Of a DNA stretch of 64,000 bases, positions 12,245 through 22,973 are shown piece after piece. The stretch comes from Aquificaceae bacterium. Lineage in GTDB: Bacteria > Aquificota > Aquificia > Aquificales > Aquificaceae. The stretch is taken from the NCBI GenBank assembly GCA_025056375.1, contig JANWWH010000001.1, forward strand, positions 2,545-66,544, read 5' to 3'. The first letter of the stretch is position 1. Every line of letters begins with the position of its first letter. The position numbers and the translations under genes were made by a program. The notes beneath the pieces were generated by a model that was not told the DNA's origin, searched no databases, and saw nothing but the letters and a program-made list of their open reading frames with translations.

Positions 12245-13342
12245 CTATCTCTGGAGCATCCTTCTGTATTTGTTTACGGTCCTCCTTGCTATGTTTATCC
12301 CCCTTTTGGAAAGGAGGCGCGAGAGCTCTGCGTCCGATTTGTCTTTTCCTTCACCCTCCAAAAGCTCCTTCAAAACCTTGAGTATTTCCTCTCTGCTCAT
12401 CCCTCCCTTGCTCTCTCTTAGGAAAAAGGCTCGTAGAGGGTAGACCCCTACTGGCGTCCTCGCATATTTCCTACTAACGACCCTGCTCACCGTAGAAAGG
12501 TTCACGCCGGACCTCTCCGCCACCTCGCCAAGGGTTAGGCTCTTGAGGGGTTCTTTACCGAGTATAAATCCCGCCTGCCTCTCTATGATGAGCTCGCCTA
12601 CGGTGCGTAGGAGCCTCCTCCTGAGCTCAAGGACAAAGGAAAGAGACCTACCCCCACCCACCGCCTCCACATCCCAGAAGTCGTCCATCAGGAAAACATA
12701 CCAGTCACTACCGTCAAACTCAAAGACCACATCCACGCTACCCCCCTGAGGGGCTGTTGCTTCTCCTTCGAAGGGGCTGAGTTTTAGCCTTGAAAGAAGC
12801 TCTCTTGCTCGTAGGTCTCTACTCTTCCCCCTTAGGACCATAAGAACTTCCTCATGAAGAGCCTTACTGTCCGGGTAGAGCTCTTCGAGCTGAAGAAGGA
12901 GAAACTCCTCAAGGTTTTTACAGGCAACGCCCAGCGGTTCTATCTCTCTCTTTATAAATTCTCTTATATCTTCCACATATTCCTCATCCACTTGGTAATG
13001 CAGGGCTATGTCCTTCAGGCTTCCTCTAAAAAAGCCTCTGTGGTCAAGGCTTGCCACTATCTCGAGAGCTATGTCTAAGTCTTCACCGTCAAACTCATAC
13101 CTTAACTGTTCTTCTACCCTTCTTATCTCGCTCTGGCGATAGATTGCCTGAGGTTCCTGGTAATCCTGATAAAACCATCTGGGTCTTGTTCGGAGGGTAA
13201 GCTTAACCTGAGCCTTTTCCTGCTGTTTGTTTTCCAGCTCCTGAAGCAATTCCTCCGAGGTTTTCGTCAAAAGCTCAAGGCTGTTCTCTATCTTAAGAAG
13301 AAGGCTCGTTCTGGGTGCGGTCGTAACCCTTACATCCTTCAT
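12245..13342 (-). CDS. rpoN: RNA polymerase sigma-54 factor (short form)
   Basis: STVSRVV helix-turn-helix, RpoN box ARRTVNKYR. Confidence 0.9.
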   Translation of the reverse strand: MKDVRVTTAPRTSLLLKIENSLELLTKTSEELLQELENKQQEKAQVKLTLRTRPRWFYQDYQEPQAIYRQSEIRRVEEQLRYEFDGEDLDIALEIVASLDHRGFFRGSLKDIALHYQVDEEYVEDIREFIKREIEPLGVACKNLEEFLLLQLEELYPDSKALHEEVLMVLRGKSRDLRARELLSRLKLSPFEGEATAPQGGSVDVVFEFDGSDWYVFLMDDFWDVEAVGGGRSLSFVLELRRRLLRTVGELIIERQAGFILGKEPLKSLTLGEVAERSGVNLSTVSRVVSRKYARTPVGVYPLRAFFLRESKGGMSREEILKVLKELLEGEGKDKSDAELSRLLSKRGINIARRTVNKYRRMLQR

Positions 13343-14586
13343 TCCCTCTCTTCCTCCTTAAGGGTTACAAAGATGTTAACTATCCTGTTACCTTCCATCT
13401 TGTCCACTACGAACTTGAAGCCATCGTAGATAAACTGGTCCCCTTCCTCGGGGACCTTCGACAGCATAGCCATCACGAAGCCACCTATGGTGTCGTATTC
13501 GTAGTCCTCAGGAAGGTTAAAACCTATCTTCGTTGCAACCCTTTCCACATCCACCCAGCCGTTTACCAGATAGGTATCCTTCGAAACCCTTATTATATCC
13601 TCTTCCCAGCTCTCCGGCACATCCCCAAAGAGGTATCTCATTATGTCGTAAAGGCTCACGAGACCGGAGAGTTCGCCGTGCTCGCCTACTACCACCGCTA
13701 TCTGGGTTCCGTGGTTCCTCATCTCTTTGACGAGCTCCGTGATGCTGAGTATCTCCGGCACGAAGAGAGCCTCTCTCTTGAACTCCTTAAGCCTTTTTCT
13801 GGAGCTTTCTGAGCTAAAGGTCAGGTCCTTCACGTAGAGTATGCCCGTAATATGGTCGTGGCTTTCGGAGAAGAGAGGAACCTTGCTGTGTTTTCTTTGC
13901 ACGATTTCTTCGAGGGCTTCTTCAAGGGTAAGGCTATCGGATAGCATAAAAATGTCCGGCTTTGGGGTCATAATCTCCTTGACGGTGGTCTCTTTGAGCT
14001 TCATCGCCCTTTCTACGACTTCTAAATCTCTCGCCTCAAAGTATCCTAAGGAGAGACCCATTTCGAGCAATTCTGTAAAGACTTCCTCTGGCTCTTTAAC
14101 CTTCCCCTCCACTTCTAACACGCCCGTTAATCTCCTAACAGGCATTATGAGCAGGAGCCGTAAAGGTTGTGTCAGCCTGTGTATTAAGAGAAAGGGCAAG
14201 TAGTATATGGGAGCAAGCCTCGTGGTAAAGGGTAACACCACGTTCTTTGGAAGCACCTCACCGAATAGAAATATAAGGGTGCTGGAAAAGAGCACAGCAA
14301 AGCCAGCTCCTTTTGGACCAAAGAGCTCCACAAAGAGCTTCGTGCCGTAGGAGGATATAAGGATGTTAACCAGTTCGTTGCCCAAGAGTATGGTAAGCAG
14401 GACCTCACCTGGTTTTGAGAGAAGGTTCAGCAGAGCTCCGTAAATCCTTTTTCTCTCTCTCAGCTTAAGGAGGTATCTGTTGGCACCAAAAAAAACAACC
14501 TCGGAGGAGCTAAAAAAGCCAGACATGAAGAGCAGGAAGGTGAATACCAGAACCTCAGTATAGATTGCAGGAGACGACGCGTCCAT
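13339..14586 (-). CDS. CNNM/CorC-family hemolysin-like protein (TM-CBS-CorC)
   Basis: FFSSSEV, ILLGNELVNI, FGEVLPK, CBS pair, CorC C-terminus. Confidence 0.9.
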   Translation of the reverse strand: MDASSPAIYTEVLVFTFLLFMSGFFSSSEVVFFGANRYLLKLRERKRIYGALLNLLSKPGEVLLTILLGNELVNILISSYGTKLFVELFGPKGAGFAVLFSSTLIFLFGEVLPKNVVLPFTTRLAPIYYLPFLLIHRLTQPLRLLLIMPVRRLTGVLEVEGKVKEPEEVFTELLEMGLSLGYFEARDLEVVERAMKLKETTVKEIMTPKPDIFMLSDSLTLEEALEEIVQRKHSKVPLFSESHDHITGILYVKDLTFSSESSRKRLKEFKREALFVPEILSITELVKEMRNHGTQIAVVVGEHGELSGLVSLYDIMRYLFGDVPESWEEDIIRVSKDTYLVNGWVDVERVATKIGFNLPEDYEYDTIGGFVMAMLSKVPEEGDQFIYDGFKFVVDKMEGNRIVNIFVTLKEEERE

Positions 14587-15463
14587 CTATCCTTACCTCC
14601 TTGACCCCTTCCTCGCATTCCTTGAGCCTTTGCTTACAGCGAGAGAAGAAGGGGCAGAGGGCTTCAAAGTCCTCTGAAAAATCCTCTCCGTATTCTCTCC
14701 GCAAGGAGGGATGCCTGACAGGCATAGTGCTTACGAGATACTGGGTATAAGGATGCAAGGGCTTTTTGAGCACATCCGTCGCAGGACCTACTTCCACAAG
14801 TCTACCCCTGTAGAGAACGCCCACCCTGTCCCCAATCCTTTCTACCGCCCTCAGGTCGTGAGTTATCAGCAAGGTGCTTATACCCTCTCCCTTAAGCTTA
14901 GAAAAGAGCTCTAGTATGCCCGCCCTATAGCTCATGTCAAGAGAGGAGGTGGGCTCATCCGCCACCAGAAGCTTAGGATTGAGAACTATAGCCCTTGCTA
15001 TCGCCACCCTCTGTCTTTGACCACCAGAGAGGTTTTCTGGCTTTCTTTCGAGAAAATTCACATCAAGACCCGCCTTCTGTAGGGCTCGAACTGCCTTTTC
15101 TCTTCTGTCCTTCTCCCCGTGGACCAAAAGGGGCTCTTCTAAGATGTCTCTTACCTTCATGCGCGGGTTTAGAGAGGCTCTCGGGTCTTGGAATACCGCA
15201 GAGACCAAACTTGTGTATTCCTTACCCAGACGGAAGGGGTCTTTGCCCTCAAAAAGCAGACTGCCAGAGGTAGGCTTTTCCAGTCTGAGAATTACCTTTC
15301 CTGCGGTGCTCTTTCCCGAACCGGATTCGCCAACCAAGGCAAAGATCTCACCCCTTTTGACCTCAAAGCTGACTTCCCTTAGAGCCCATACCTGCCTCTT
15401 GAAGAACAAACCCAGCGTAAAGAGCTTGGAGAGTTTCTCTATCCTTAGGAGCTCTTCCCTCAT
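14555..15463 (-). CDS. Oligopeptide/dipeptide ABC transporter ATP-binding protein
   Basis: GESGSGKST, LSGGQRQR, ADEPT, PLHPYT, C-terminal Cys cluster. Confidence 0.92.
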   Translation of the reverse strand: MREELLRIEKLSKLFTLGLFFKRQVWALREVSFEVKRGEIFALVGESGSGKSTAGKVILRLEKPTSGSLLFEGKDPFRLGKEYTSLVSAVFQDPRASLNPRMKVRDILEEPLLVHGEKDRREKAVRALQKAGLDVNFLERKPENLSGGQRQRVAIARAIVLNPKLLVADEPTSSLDMSYRAGILELFSKLKGEGISTLLITHDLRAVERIGDRVGVLYRGRLVEVGPATDVLKKPLHPYTQYLVSTMPVRHPSLRREYGEDFSEDFEALCPFFSRCKQRLKECEEGVKEVRIDGRVVSCNLY

Positions 15464-16830
15464 ATGGTTCTGGAAAACCTCTGCTCTTTCTTCCCCTTTA
15501 CATACTGGTCAAAGACCATGGCTATGTTCCTGATTAGAAGTCTTCCCTCCGGAAGGACCTTTATGGCTCTATCCTCCAGTTTGAGAAGTCCCTCTCTTTC
15601 CATGTCCGTAAGCTCCTCGAGCTCTTGAGAGAAGTGCTCCTCAAAGTCTATGTCAAAGGCTCTTTCTATTTTTTCAAACTCACACCGAAAGTTGCACATG
15701 AGGTCCATGATAACCTCTCGCCTCAGTATATCCTCGTCACCCAGTAGGTATCCGCGCAGGATGGGTAGCCTTCCACCCTCTATGGCAAGGTAGTAATCCC
15801 TTATGGTTTTGTAGTTCTGGAAGTAGCCATCGTATAGCATACCTATGGAGGTGGCACCTATACCCACAAGGTCCACACCCTTTTTGGTGGTGTAGCCCTG
15901 AAAGTTCCTCCAGAGGGTTCCCTCTCTTTGAGCCTGAGCCAGCTCGTCCTCCCGCTTTGCAAAGTGGTCCATGCCTATGAAGAGATAACCCGCCTTCTGG
16001 AACATATCTATGGTCATTTCCAGTATGGTCAGTTTATCTTCGGGTGGTGGAAGGGTGGAAGGGTCTATTTTCCTCTGAAGGGGTTTTAGCCAAGGCACAA
16101 AGGCGAAGTTAAAGACCGCTACCCTGTCTGGCTGCAACTCTATGGTTTGCTCTATGGTTTTCCTAAACTTTTCCGGCGTCTGATAGGGTAGTCCGTATAT
16201 GAGGTCTATATTTAGGCTCTTGAACCCAAGACTTCTCAGGTCTTTCATAACCCTTTCCATGAGCTGGTAGGTCTGCACCCTGTTTATCGCCTTCTGCACC
16301 TCCGGGTCAAGGTCCTGAAGACCCATGCTTACCCGATTAAAGCCCACCTCTCTAAGAGTTTCCAGCTGACCCTCTGAGAGGTATCTGGGGTCTATCTCCA
16401 CGCTTACCTCTGCATCTGGGTCAATCCTGAAAGTTTCTCTTATCCTTCCAGAGAGCTCTCTTATCTCCTCGTTGCTGAGGAAGTTGGGTGTTCCACCACC
16501 CCAGTGGAGTTGAACCACAGGTCTTGAGGTGTCCAGGTATTTCCCCAGCATCTCTATCTCTCTATACACGTAGTCTAAATACCTACGGGTCACATCCTTT
16601 CTGTGAGAGATTATCACATTACACCCGCAAAACCAGCACGCGCTTTCGCAAAAGGGTATGTGAAGGTAGAGAGAAAGGGGGCTTGCCTTCAGATTGCTCT
16701 GAAGGAGTTTTTCTATGTAGTCCTTTTCACCAACCCCCTCATGGAACTCGGTAGCGGGTGGATAGCTGGTGTATCTGGGTCCCGGTCTGTCGTATTTTTT
16801 TATAAGGTTCTCATTGAAGACGGTCTTCAT
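15460..16830 (-). CDS. hemN: Oxygen-independent coproporphyrinogen III oxidase
   Basis: GPRYTSYP, CxxxCxxC (CESACWFC), WGGGTP, RNFQGY. Confidence 0.96.
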   Translation of the reverse strand: MKTVFNENLIKKYDRPGPRYTSYPPATEFHEGVGEKDYIEKLLQSNLKASPLSLYLHIPFCESACWFCGCNVIISHRKDVTRRYLDYVYREIEMLGKYLDTSRPVVQLHWGGGTPNFLSNEEIRELSGRIRETFRIDPDAEVSVEIDPRYLSEGQLETLREVGFNRVSMGLQDLDPEVQKAINRVQTYQLMERVMKDLRSLGFKSLNIDLIYGLPYQTPEKFRKTIEQTIELQPDRVAVFNFAFVPWLKPLQRKIDPSTLPPPEDKLTILEMTIDMFQKAGYLFIGMDHFAKREDELAQAQREGTLWRNFQGYTTKKGVDLVGIGATSIGMLYDGYFQNYKTIRDYYLAIEGGRLPILRGYLLGDEDILRREVIMDLMCNFRCEFEKIERAFDIDFEEHFSQELEELTDMEREGLLKLEDRAIKVLPEGRLLIRNIAMVFDQYVKGKKEQRFSRTI

Positions 16831-16857
16831 AGATACTAAATATAGGCTACTTTTGGC

Positions 16858-17892
16858 TCAACCTCTAAACTTACAGGTCTCCTCCTCAATGGTGGAATAT
16901 AGGGGCTTTACCCTTCCTTCTGGTGTGGTGTCTTCAAAGTCTCTGGAAACGCCGAGCTCCTCTATACAGTGAACCAAGTCGTGGTAAAACTCCGCCACCT
17001 TTACAAGACCAGTTGTCTTGCCCACCTCGTTGAAGGCTCTTATCTTGTCCGTAGCCTTACCTTTACCCCTCTCCACTATGGCACCCGCGTGTCCGAAGGA
17101 TACGCCTTCTAACTTTTCCTGAAACCTACCTGCCACAAAGGCAGCCACTGGCTTGTTCCACCTTCCTTCCTTCCATAACCTGAGTATGGTCTCCGCCGCC
17201 TGTTCCTCGTAAGAGCCTCCAACCTCGCCTTGAATAATCACACCTTTAACCTTGGGGTCCTCCGCTATGTTTTCAAGGGCGTCGCCGAAGGTGGTGCAGG
17301 ATATAACATCTCCACCAAGAGCCAGAGCCATGTAGACGCCCCACCCCCTCCGCTTGAACATCTCCGCAGTGGTAGTTGTAAGACCACCTGACTTAGAGAG
17401 GATAACGAGACCACCCTTTTCGTAAGCTATGGAGGGGTTTTTCCCTCCTATCGCACCTATGCGGGCTGGCACCCAGGGCACCATACAACCTAAAGAGGTG
17501 GGACCCACTATGGTTACCCCCCTCTCCTTTGCGTAGTGGTAAAAGTATACCGTGTCCCTTATGGGCACGTGCTCGGTGATGATATATATGAGCTTTATGC
17601 CTGCGTCCACAAGCTCTATGACCGCATCCTTTACTGAGGCTGGGGGCACATAGACCACGCCCGTGTTTATCTCTGGGTGTTTCTGAAGGGCTTCTCTTAC
17701 TGTGTTGTATACGGGTTTGCCTGCCACCTCCGAGCCACCCTTACCCGGCGTTACCCCAGCCACCACAAAACCCGGATAGAGAGCCTCCGACTCGGAGACC
17801 ACCTGAGAGGCTTCTCTGCCAGTGATACCCATCACTATTATCCTTGTCCTGTCGTTAAGGTAAAGAGTGCCCACCTGCCAATCTCTTTGCAT
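16858..17892 (-). CDS. ccsB: Citryl-CoA synthetase small subunit (succinyl-CoA synthetase alpha family)
   Basis: SucD-like fold (GVTPGKGG, FGHAGA phospho-His) with extensions; resembles the Aquificae CcsB paralogue rather than canonical SucD (recalled, not searched). Confidence 0.7.
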   Translation of the reverse strand: MQRDWQVGTLYLNDRTRIIVMGITGREASQVVSESEALYPGFVVAGVTPGKGGSEVAGKPVYNTVREALQKHPEINTGVVYVPPASVKDAVIELVDAGIKLIYIITEHVPIRDTVYFYHYAKERGVTIVGPTSLGCMVPWVPARIGAIGGKNPSIAYEKGGLVILSKSGGLTTTTAEMFKRRGWGVYMALALGGDVISCTTFGDALENIAEDPKVKGVIIQGEVGGSYEEQAAETILRLWKEGRWNKPVAAFVAGRFQEKLEGVSFGHAGAIVERGKGKATDKIRAFNEVGKTTGLVKVAEFYHDLVHCIEELGVSRDFEDTTPEGRVKPLYSTIEEETCKFRG

Positions 17893-18002
17893 TTTACACC
17901 TCCAGAAGAGCTACTATAAGATTATAGTATATGTTTGGTTTCATGTTCCTTCCTTACTCCCTAAGACACCTGAAGCACAAGTTACTATGCTAAGATTTTA
18001 GT

Positions 18003-18314
18003 ATGGAAGAGCTGGATTTTCATCTTTCTCAGATAGCGAGGATTCTGGGGCTTGCACAGCCCGTGGGTTTTATGCTCTCTTACGAGTTTGAGGACATATG
18101 GATAGATGTTTACCTTGAAAGGGAAGGAGAAGGGTGGGCAGGAAGGACATACACTATAAGCGTTCCGAAGGAGAAGGTGGAAAGGCTAAGAAGGTTGGTG
18201 GAAAGCATAGGGGGAGTGGCGGAGGATGTGGTCTCTGATAGCGAGCGGGCGTATCTAAGCCTTTCTTACGAAGACTGGGAATCCGCAAGTCCTATTATAA
18301 TGAGCTTGTTATGA
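18003..18314 (+). CDS. Hypothetical protein
   Basis: 103-aa ORF with upstream extended -10 box; overlaps the next gene by 4 nt. Confidence 0.7.
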   Translation: MEELDFHLSQIARILGLAQPVGFMLSYEFEDIWIDVYLEREGEGWAGRTYTISVPKEKVERLRRLVESIGGVAEDVVSDSERAYLSLSYEDWESASPIIMSLL

Positions 18315-19189
18315 GGGCGGGCTTCGTAGGTCTTGGAAGTCTTGGTAAGGCTATAGCGAAAAGGCTTTCAGAGCAGGGGGTTGAGCTTCTTGTCTGGAAC
18401 AGAAGCAGGGAGAAGGCTCTTGAACTTGGTCTGCCAGTAGCGGAGAGCCCTGCGGAGCTCATAGGGCAGGTGGAAAGAGTTTTCCTTATAGTCTTTGACT
18501 CTCAGGCTTCGGAGGAGGTTATATTTGGAAAGGGTGGTCTGGTGGAGGGTGGTGTAGAGGGCAAGACGATTATAGACATGACCACCAACCATCACAGATA
18601 TGCGAGTATGGCTTATCAGGAAATTAGAAAGCTTGGCGGATACTACTTAGATGCTCCCGTGCTCGGCAGTGTTATACCCGCCCAGAAGGGCGAGCTGACC
18701 ATGCTGGTAGGAGGGGACGAAGAGAAGTTTGAGGAAAACAGACACATCCTGGAAAAGTTCTGCAAAAACGTGCTCTATGTGGGCAGGGCGGGTGATGCCA
18801 CGAGGCTAAAGCTGATAAACAACATGGTGCTTGGAGGGTTCATGCAGGTTCTATCCGAGGCTATAGCGGTAGGAGAGCTGGCAGGCTTTAAAAGAGAGCT
18901 CCTCATAGAAGTGCTCGAGAAGGGTGCGGGCAAGTCTTATCTCCTTGAAGTGAAAAAGAAGAAGCTTTTAGAAAGAGAATACTCGGTGCACTTCTCCGTA
19001 GATTTAATCCACAAGGACCTCCACTACGCGGAGGACATGATAAGGGAACTTTCCACCTTTAGCTTTGCGGTTCAGAATGTAAAAAACGCCTACGGGCTTG
19101 CAAGGTTTTTAGGAAGGGGTGGGGAGGACTTCTCCGTCCTCGTGGAGTTGTATCAGCTTCTCACCACTCAAAATCCTTCAGATACTTAG
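18311..19189 (+). CDS. NAD(P)-dependent beta-hydroxyacid dehydrogenase family protein
   Basis: [20 protein letters not shown]. Confidence 0.9.
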   Translation: MRAGFVGLGSLGKAIAKRLSEQGVELLVWNRSREKALELGLPVAESPAELIGQVERVFLIVFDSQASEEVIFGKGGLVEGGVEGKTIIDMTTNHHRYASMAYQEIRKLGGYYLDAPVLGSVIPAQKGELTMLVGGDEEKFEENRHILEKFCKNVLYVGRAGDATRLKLINNMVLGGFMQVLSEAIAVGELAGFKRELLIEVLEKGAGKSYLLEVKKKKLLEREYSVHFSVDLIHKDLHYAEDMIRELSTFSFAVQNVKNAYGLARFLGRGGEDFSVLVELYQLLTTQNPSDT

Positions 19190-20873
19190 CCCTTGCCGGG
19201 TGTCTTAGCTTCCTTATAGCCTTCGTCTCCAGCTGTCTTATCCTCTCGCGTGTAACGTTGAACATCTTGCCTATCTGCTCAAGGGTGTACTCTATGCCAT
19301 CCACCAACCCGTAACGATACATAAGTATCTCTCTTTCCTTCTCTCCAAGGGTGCTAAGAACCCTTATGAGCTGTTCCCTGAGGAGTTTCCTTGAAACCTG
19401 CTCCTCTGGTGACGGCACGCTCTTGTCCTCTATGAAGTCTCTCAAGTGGGTGTCCTCATCGTCACCTATGGGCGTTTCAAGAGACACGGGCTCCTGAGAC
19501 AGTTTTATCACCTTCCTTGCCTTCTCAGGAGATATGCCTAGGTATTTTGCGATTTCTTCTGCGGTTGGCTCACGACCAAGTTCCTGAAAGAGCTTCTTGT
19601 TAGCCTTGGTAATATCGTTTATGGTTTCTATCATGTGGACGGGTATGCGTATGGTCCTTGCCTGGTCCGCTATAGCTCTTGTTATAGCCTGCCTTATCCA
19701 CCAGGTGGCGTAGGTGGAGAACTTGTAGCCCTTTCGGTAGTCGTATTTGTCCACCGCCTTCATAAGCCCTATGTTTCCTTCTTGTATGAGGTCAAGGAAG
19801 TGGAGCCCTCTATTTACATACTTCTTGGCTATGGAGACCGCAAGTCTGAGGTTGCACTTGACCATCACCTGCTTTGCCTGCGTTACCTTTGTCCTGCCTT
19901 CTCTGATGATGTGCATAACCCTCTGGAGTTCCTCTGGCAGGATACCCATCTCGCGCCTTAGCTCCTCTATCTCTCTTTTCAGAGTGAGGTATTCGTCCCT
20001 CAGAAGCTGAAAGCGTGCAAACCCGTATCCCATCCTCTCCGCCTTTCTCTGCAAGTATTCCTCTCTGTCGTATTCCCCTATGAGCTCCTCCAGGTCTGGG
20101 TGTATGCTTTCCAGCTTTTTCTTCCTTATCTCAAACTCCTTGAGCTTTCTTACATACCTGTTGTATAGGTTCAGAAGCTCATCCGCAATCCTTTCAAACT
20201 TTGAGTGCTTCAACTTCATGTCCTTCAGTATTCTGTTCATCCTTGCATGCCTTTTCAGGTATTCCTTTTTGTATTCAGGGGTTCCGTAGAGCAGATACTC
20301 ATCTCTCCAGAAAAGAGCCTCTCTGTAGGCTTTTGCCAGCTGAAGCCCCTTTTCTATGAAGTATCTCTCCAGGTGCTCGTGGCTCTCCTCATACTCTTCA
20401 AGGGTTTTGCTTTCGTCCACCGTGTCCATGAGGTCGGCCGCTTTCAACTTGCCGTTGCATACATCTCCCCAGTCTCTGAGAACCCTGTCTATGAGGAAGG
20501 AAGTCCTCAAAAGGCCCCTTCTCATTATTTTTCTCCCCATCTCAATCTGCTTTGAATACTTTATCTCTTCCTCTCTCTTAAGAAGGGGTATCTTACCCAT
20601 GTCCTTTAGGTAGAGCCTTACAGGGTCTCCGTCCTTCCCGCTCAAAAGAAGGCTTTCTGTGGATACGGTGATGGTGTCCTCCTTTTCCATCTCCTCCGCA
20701 GGTTCTTCCACTTCTACAATCTTCACACCCCTTTCTTGGAGGAAGTCCATTATCTCTTCGTAGAGCTCCGTGTCCGCAAGCTCCGCACCGAGTAGGTCGT
20801 TAATCTCGTCGTAGGTTACATAACCTTTCTCGCTTATCTGAATAAGCTTTTTCATGAGAGGTTTGTAAATCAT
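19161..20873 (-). CDS. rpoD: Primary sigma factor sigma-70
   Basis: [42 protein letters not shown]. Confidence 0.97.
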   Translation of the reverse strand: MIYKPLMKKLIQISEKGYVTYDEINDLLGAELADTELYEEIMDFLQERGVKIVEVEEPAEEMEKEDTITVSTESLLLSGKDGDPVRLYLKDMGKIPLLKREEEIKYSKQIEMGRKIMRRGLLRTSFLIDRVLRDWGDVCNGKLKAADLMDTVDESKTLEEYEESHEHLERYFIEKGLQLAKAYREALFWRDEYLLYGTPEYKKEYLKRHARMNRILKDMKLKHSKFERIADELLNLYNRYVRKLKEFEIRKKKLESIHPDLEELIGEYDREEYLQRKAERMGYGFARFQLLRDEYLTLKREIEELRREMGILPEELQRVMHIIREGRTKVTQAKQVMVKCNLRLAVSIAKKYVNRGLHFLDLIQEGNIGLMKAVDKYDYRKGYKFSTYATWWIRQAITRAIADQARTIRIPVHMIETINDITKANKKLFQELGREPTAEEIAKYLGISPEKARKVIKLSQEPVSLETPIGDDEDTHLRDFIEDKSVPSPEEQVSRKLLREQLIRVLSTLGEKEREILMYRYGLVDGIEYTLEQIGKMFNVTRERIRQLETKAIRKLRHPARAKYLKDFEW

Positions 20874-20968
20874 GCAAACGACCTCCTAAAAGAACTGTGT
20901 TTAATCTTCCTGACCCCTAAAGGCAGCCTGCACCCGCAGACCTTTTCTCTAACTGGGTCTTTCTCCAT
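20870..20968 (-). CDS. Candidate 32-aa upstream ORF coupled to rpoD ([32 protein letters not shown])
   Basis: ATG at 20968, TGA overlapping the rpoD ATG (ATGA); -10-like TATTTT 8 nt upstream. Confidence 0.3.
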   Translation of the reverse strand: MEKDPVREKVCGCRLPLGVRKIKHSSFRRSFA

Positions 20969-21009
20969 AACCTTTTAAAATATATTTACTCCTCCAAAAT
21001 CCTGCAAGC

Positions 21010-21525
21010 TCAGATGAGGGTAAAAATCTCCTCAAGACTTCTCCTCGGCGTGGGGAGAGGTTCTTCCGCGGGGTAGCCCAGTGTTAGCAGAGCTACGGGC
21101 TTCCACTCCTCTGGAGCTGAAAGGCAGGATTTCAAACCTTCCTCCTCGAAGGCACCTACCCAACAGGTGCCGAGCCCCAGGGCAACTGCAGAGAGCTGGG
21201 CGTAGGCACAGGCTATGGTGGCATCCTGAAGGCTGTAGAGCTCCGCCCCTCTTCTGCCATACTTTAGGGCGCTCCTTGGAGGGTTTGCGAAGAAGACAAA
21301 GACCGCGGGCGCCTCCGCTATAAACCACTGATTAAGGGCAAGGCGGGCTATCTCTCTCCTTTTTTTCTGGTCTAAGACGATAACCACCTCGTAAGACTGT
21401 AAGTTGCCAGCCGAAGGTGCGCTCCTTATAGCCTCCATAATCCTCAGAAGTTTTTCCTTTTCAATGGGCTTTCGCTGATAGCTCCTTATGGAATGCCTCC
21501 TACTCAGAACCTCAAAGAATTCCAT
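21010..21525 (-). CDS. Nitroreductase family protein
   Basis: RHSIRSY, APSAGNLQ, LGLGTCWVG. Confidence 0.9.
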   Translation of the reverse strand: MEFFEVLSRRHSIRSYQRKPIEKEKLLRIMEAIRSAPSAGNLQSYEVVIVLDQKKRREIARLALNQWFIAEAPAVFVFFANPPRSALKYGRRGAELYSLQDATIACAYAQLSAVALGLGTCWVGAFEEEGLKSCLSAPEEWKPVALLTLGYPAEEPLPTPRRSLEEIFTLI

Positions 21526-22147
21526 CTCTTAGAAGCTCTTCCACTTCCTCATCCTCTACTTGACGGAAGTCTCTGTAAAACATGCCTACCGCAAAGGACG
21601 ATGCCTCTGAAACATGGTAGCAGTAAAATCCATCCGCATACGGACCCAGCCTCTTTACCGTTTCTCCGGGGCACACGGGCACTGCGACTATTACCTTGCT
21701 TGCACCCATCCTCTTAAGATACTCCACCCCAGCCTTGACCGTCTGACCTGTAGCGATACCATCATCCACTACCAGGACTATCTTCCCTTTTACATCTAAG
21801 GGTCTATCTTTAAGAAACCTCTTTTCCCTTTCCCTTATCTTTTCCAGCTCTTCCCTTGCCACCTCTTCTATAACTTCCCTAGATAGCTTAAAGTATTCAA
21901 CAGTCCAGCTGTCCGTGTATATACATCCTTCGGGGTCTATCGCCCCAAAGGCGAGCTCTGGGTTGGATGGCACTCCGAGCTTTCTAACTATGAGGAGGCT
22001 GAGTGGAACTCCCAGAACCCTTGCTACCTCCCTTGCTACCACAACCCCACCCCTCGGTATACCCATCACCAAGTCCACTCTCTCTAACTTGTCTCTGATG
22101 TATTCTCCAAGTATCCTGCCCGCCTCCTTCCTGTCGGAGAACACCAT
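21512..22147 (-). CDS. Phosphoribosyltransferase family protein
   Basis: DRKEAG, GIPRGGV, VVDDGIATG. Confidence 0.9.
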   Translation of the reverse strand: MVFSDRKEAGRILGEYIRDKLERVDLVMGIPRGGVVVAREVARVLGVPLSLLIVRKLGVPSNPELAFGAIDPEGCIYTDSWTVEYFKLSREVIEEVAREELEKIREREKRFLKDRPLDVKGKIVLVVDDGIATGQTVKAGVEYLKRMGASKVIVAVPVCPGETVKRLGPYADGFYCYHVSEASSFAVGMFYRDFRQVEDEEVEELLRDGIL

Positions 22148-22178
22148 TGTATAATTTTAGACTAAGCTCTTTATGCGG

Positions 22179-22445
22179 TTAGGAGCATTTCTCCGCAAGA
22201 GACTTTATGAGAGAGGGCATGTAGCCGTAAACTCTGCCTATCTCTTCTCCCTTTCTAAGGAATACGAGAGTGGGCGCGCCTATTACCCTGTGAGACTTTG
22301 CCAATTCTCTATTTTTAACCATATCGTATACTTCAACCTTAAGGTTTGGGTATTTACTGAGCTCTCTGTAGGAAGCTTTGCAGGATGCGCATCCTGCTTG
22401 TTCAAAGAGAAGAACCTGACAAAGGGCAAGGGCGGTCATAAGCAT
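22179..22445 (-). CDS. Small thioredoxin-fold protein
   Basis: CASC motif, cis-Pro APTLVF, GEEIGRVYG. Confidence 0.75.
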   Translation of the reverse strand: MLMTALALCQVLLFEQAGCASCKASYRELSKYPNLKVEVYDMVKNRELAKSHRVIGAPTLVFLRKGEEIGRVYGYMPSLIKSLAEKCS

Positions 22446-22500
22446 GGTTTAAATTTATACCTTCTCCCTCTTCTCGGCAAGCTGGTTAAAATCTTATAAG

Positions 22501-22944
22501 GTGCAGGAGTTCATAGAGCTCTGTCTGGAAGAGGCAAAGAAGGGTCTACAAAGGGAAGAGGTGCCAGTGGGTTGTGTGATAGTGAAGTCTGGAAGGGTTA
22601 TCGCAAGGGCTCACAACAGAGTAGAGGAAACAGGAGACCCAACCGCACACGCAGAAATTATAGCCATCAAGGAGGCTACAAAACTTCTTAAGAGTAAGTA
22701 TCTGTATGGCTGTGAACTTTACGTTTCTCTTGAGCCTTGCCCCATGTGTGCCTACGCTCTGGTGCTTGCGAGGGTGGAAAAGCTGATTTTCCTCGCAAAG
22801 GATGAGAAGTATGGTGCGGTCATGAGCCTATACAGCCTTTTGGATGAGCCAACCTTTAACCACGAGGTAAGCTGGGAGTATGTGCCTGTAGAGGAGGCGA
22901 GTCAACTGCTTAAGTCCTTTTTCAGGAAAAGACGAAAGGTATAG
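22501..22944 (+). CDS. tadA: tRNA adenosine deaminase
   Basis: EVPVG, AHAE, LEPCPMC. Confidence 0.92.
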   Translation: MQEFIELCLEEAKKGLQREEVPVGCVIVKSGRVIARAHNRVEETGDPTAHAEIIAIKEATKLLKSKYLYGCELYVSLEPCPMCAYALVLARVEKLIFLAKDEKYGAVMSLYSLLDEPTFNHEVSWEYVPVEEASQLLKSFFRKRRKV

Positions 22945-22950
22945 TTAAAG

Positions 22951-22970
22951 AACCCCCAACATGGGGGGTT
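22951..22970. terminator. Hairpin between convergent tadA and csp (likely bidirectional terminator)
   Basis: AACCCCC-AACATG-GGGGGTT inverted repeat. Confidence 0.6.
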
Positions 22971-22973
22971 ACC

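Noticed and set aside
12245-13342. Short sigma54 as a possible pseudogene
   Set aside because: Region I, core-binding, HTH and RpoN box are all present; only the variable region II is reduced.
14555-15463. Orphan peptide ABC ATPase without permeases as a broken operon
   Set aside because: The ORF is intact; dispersed subunits are common in this window (ccsB, tatA, fliJ), so it is not informative.
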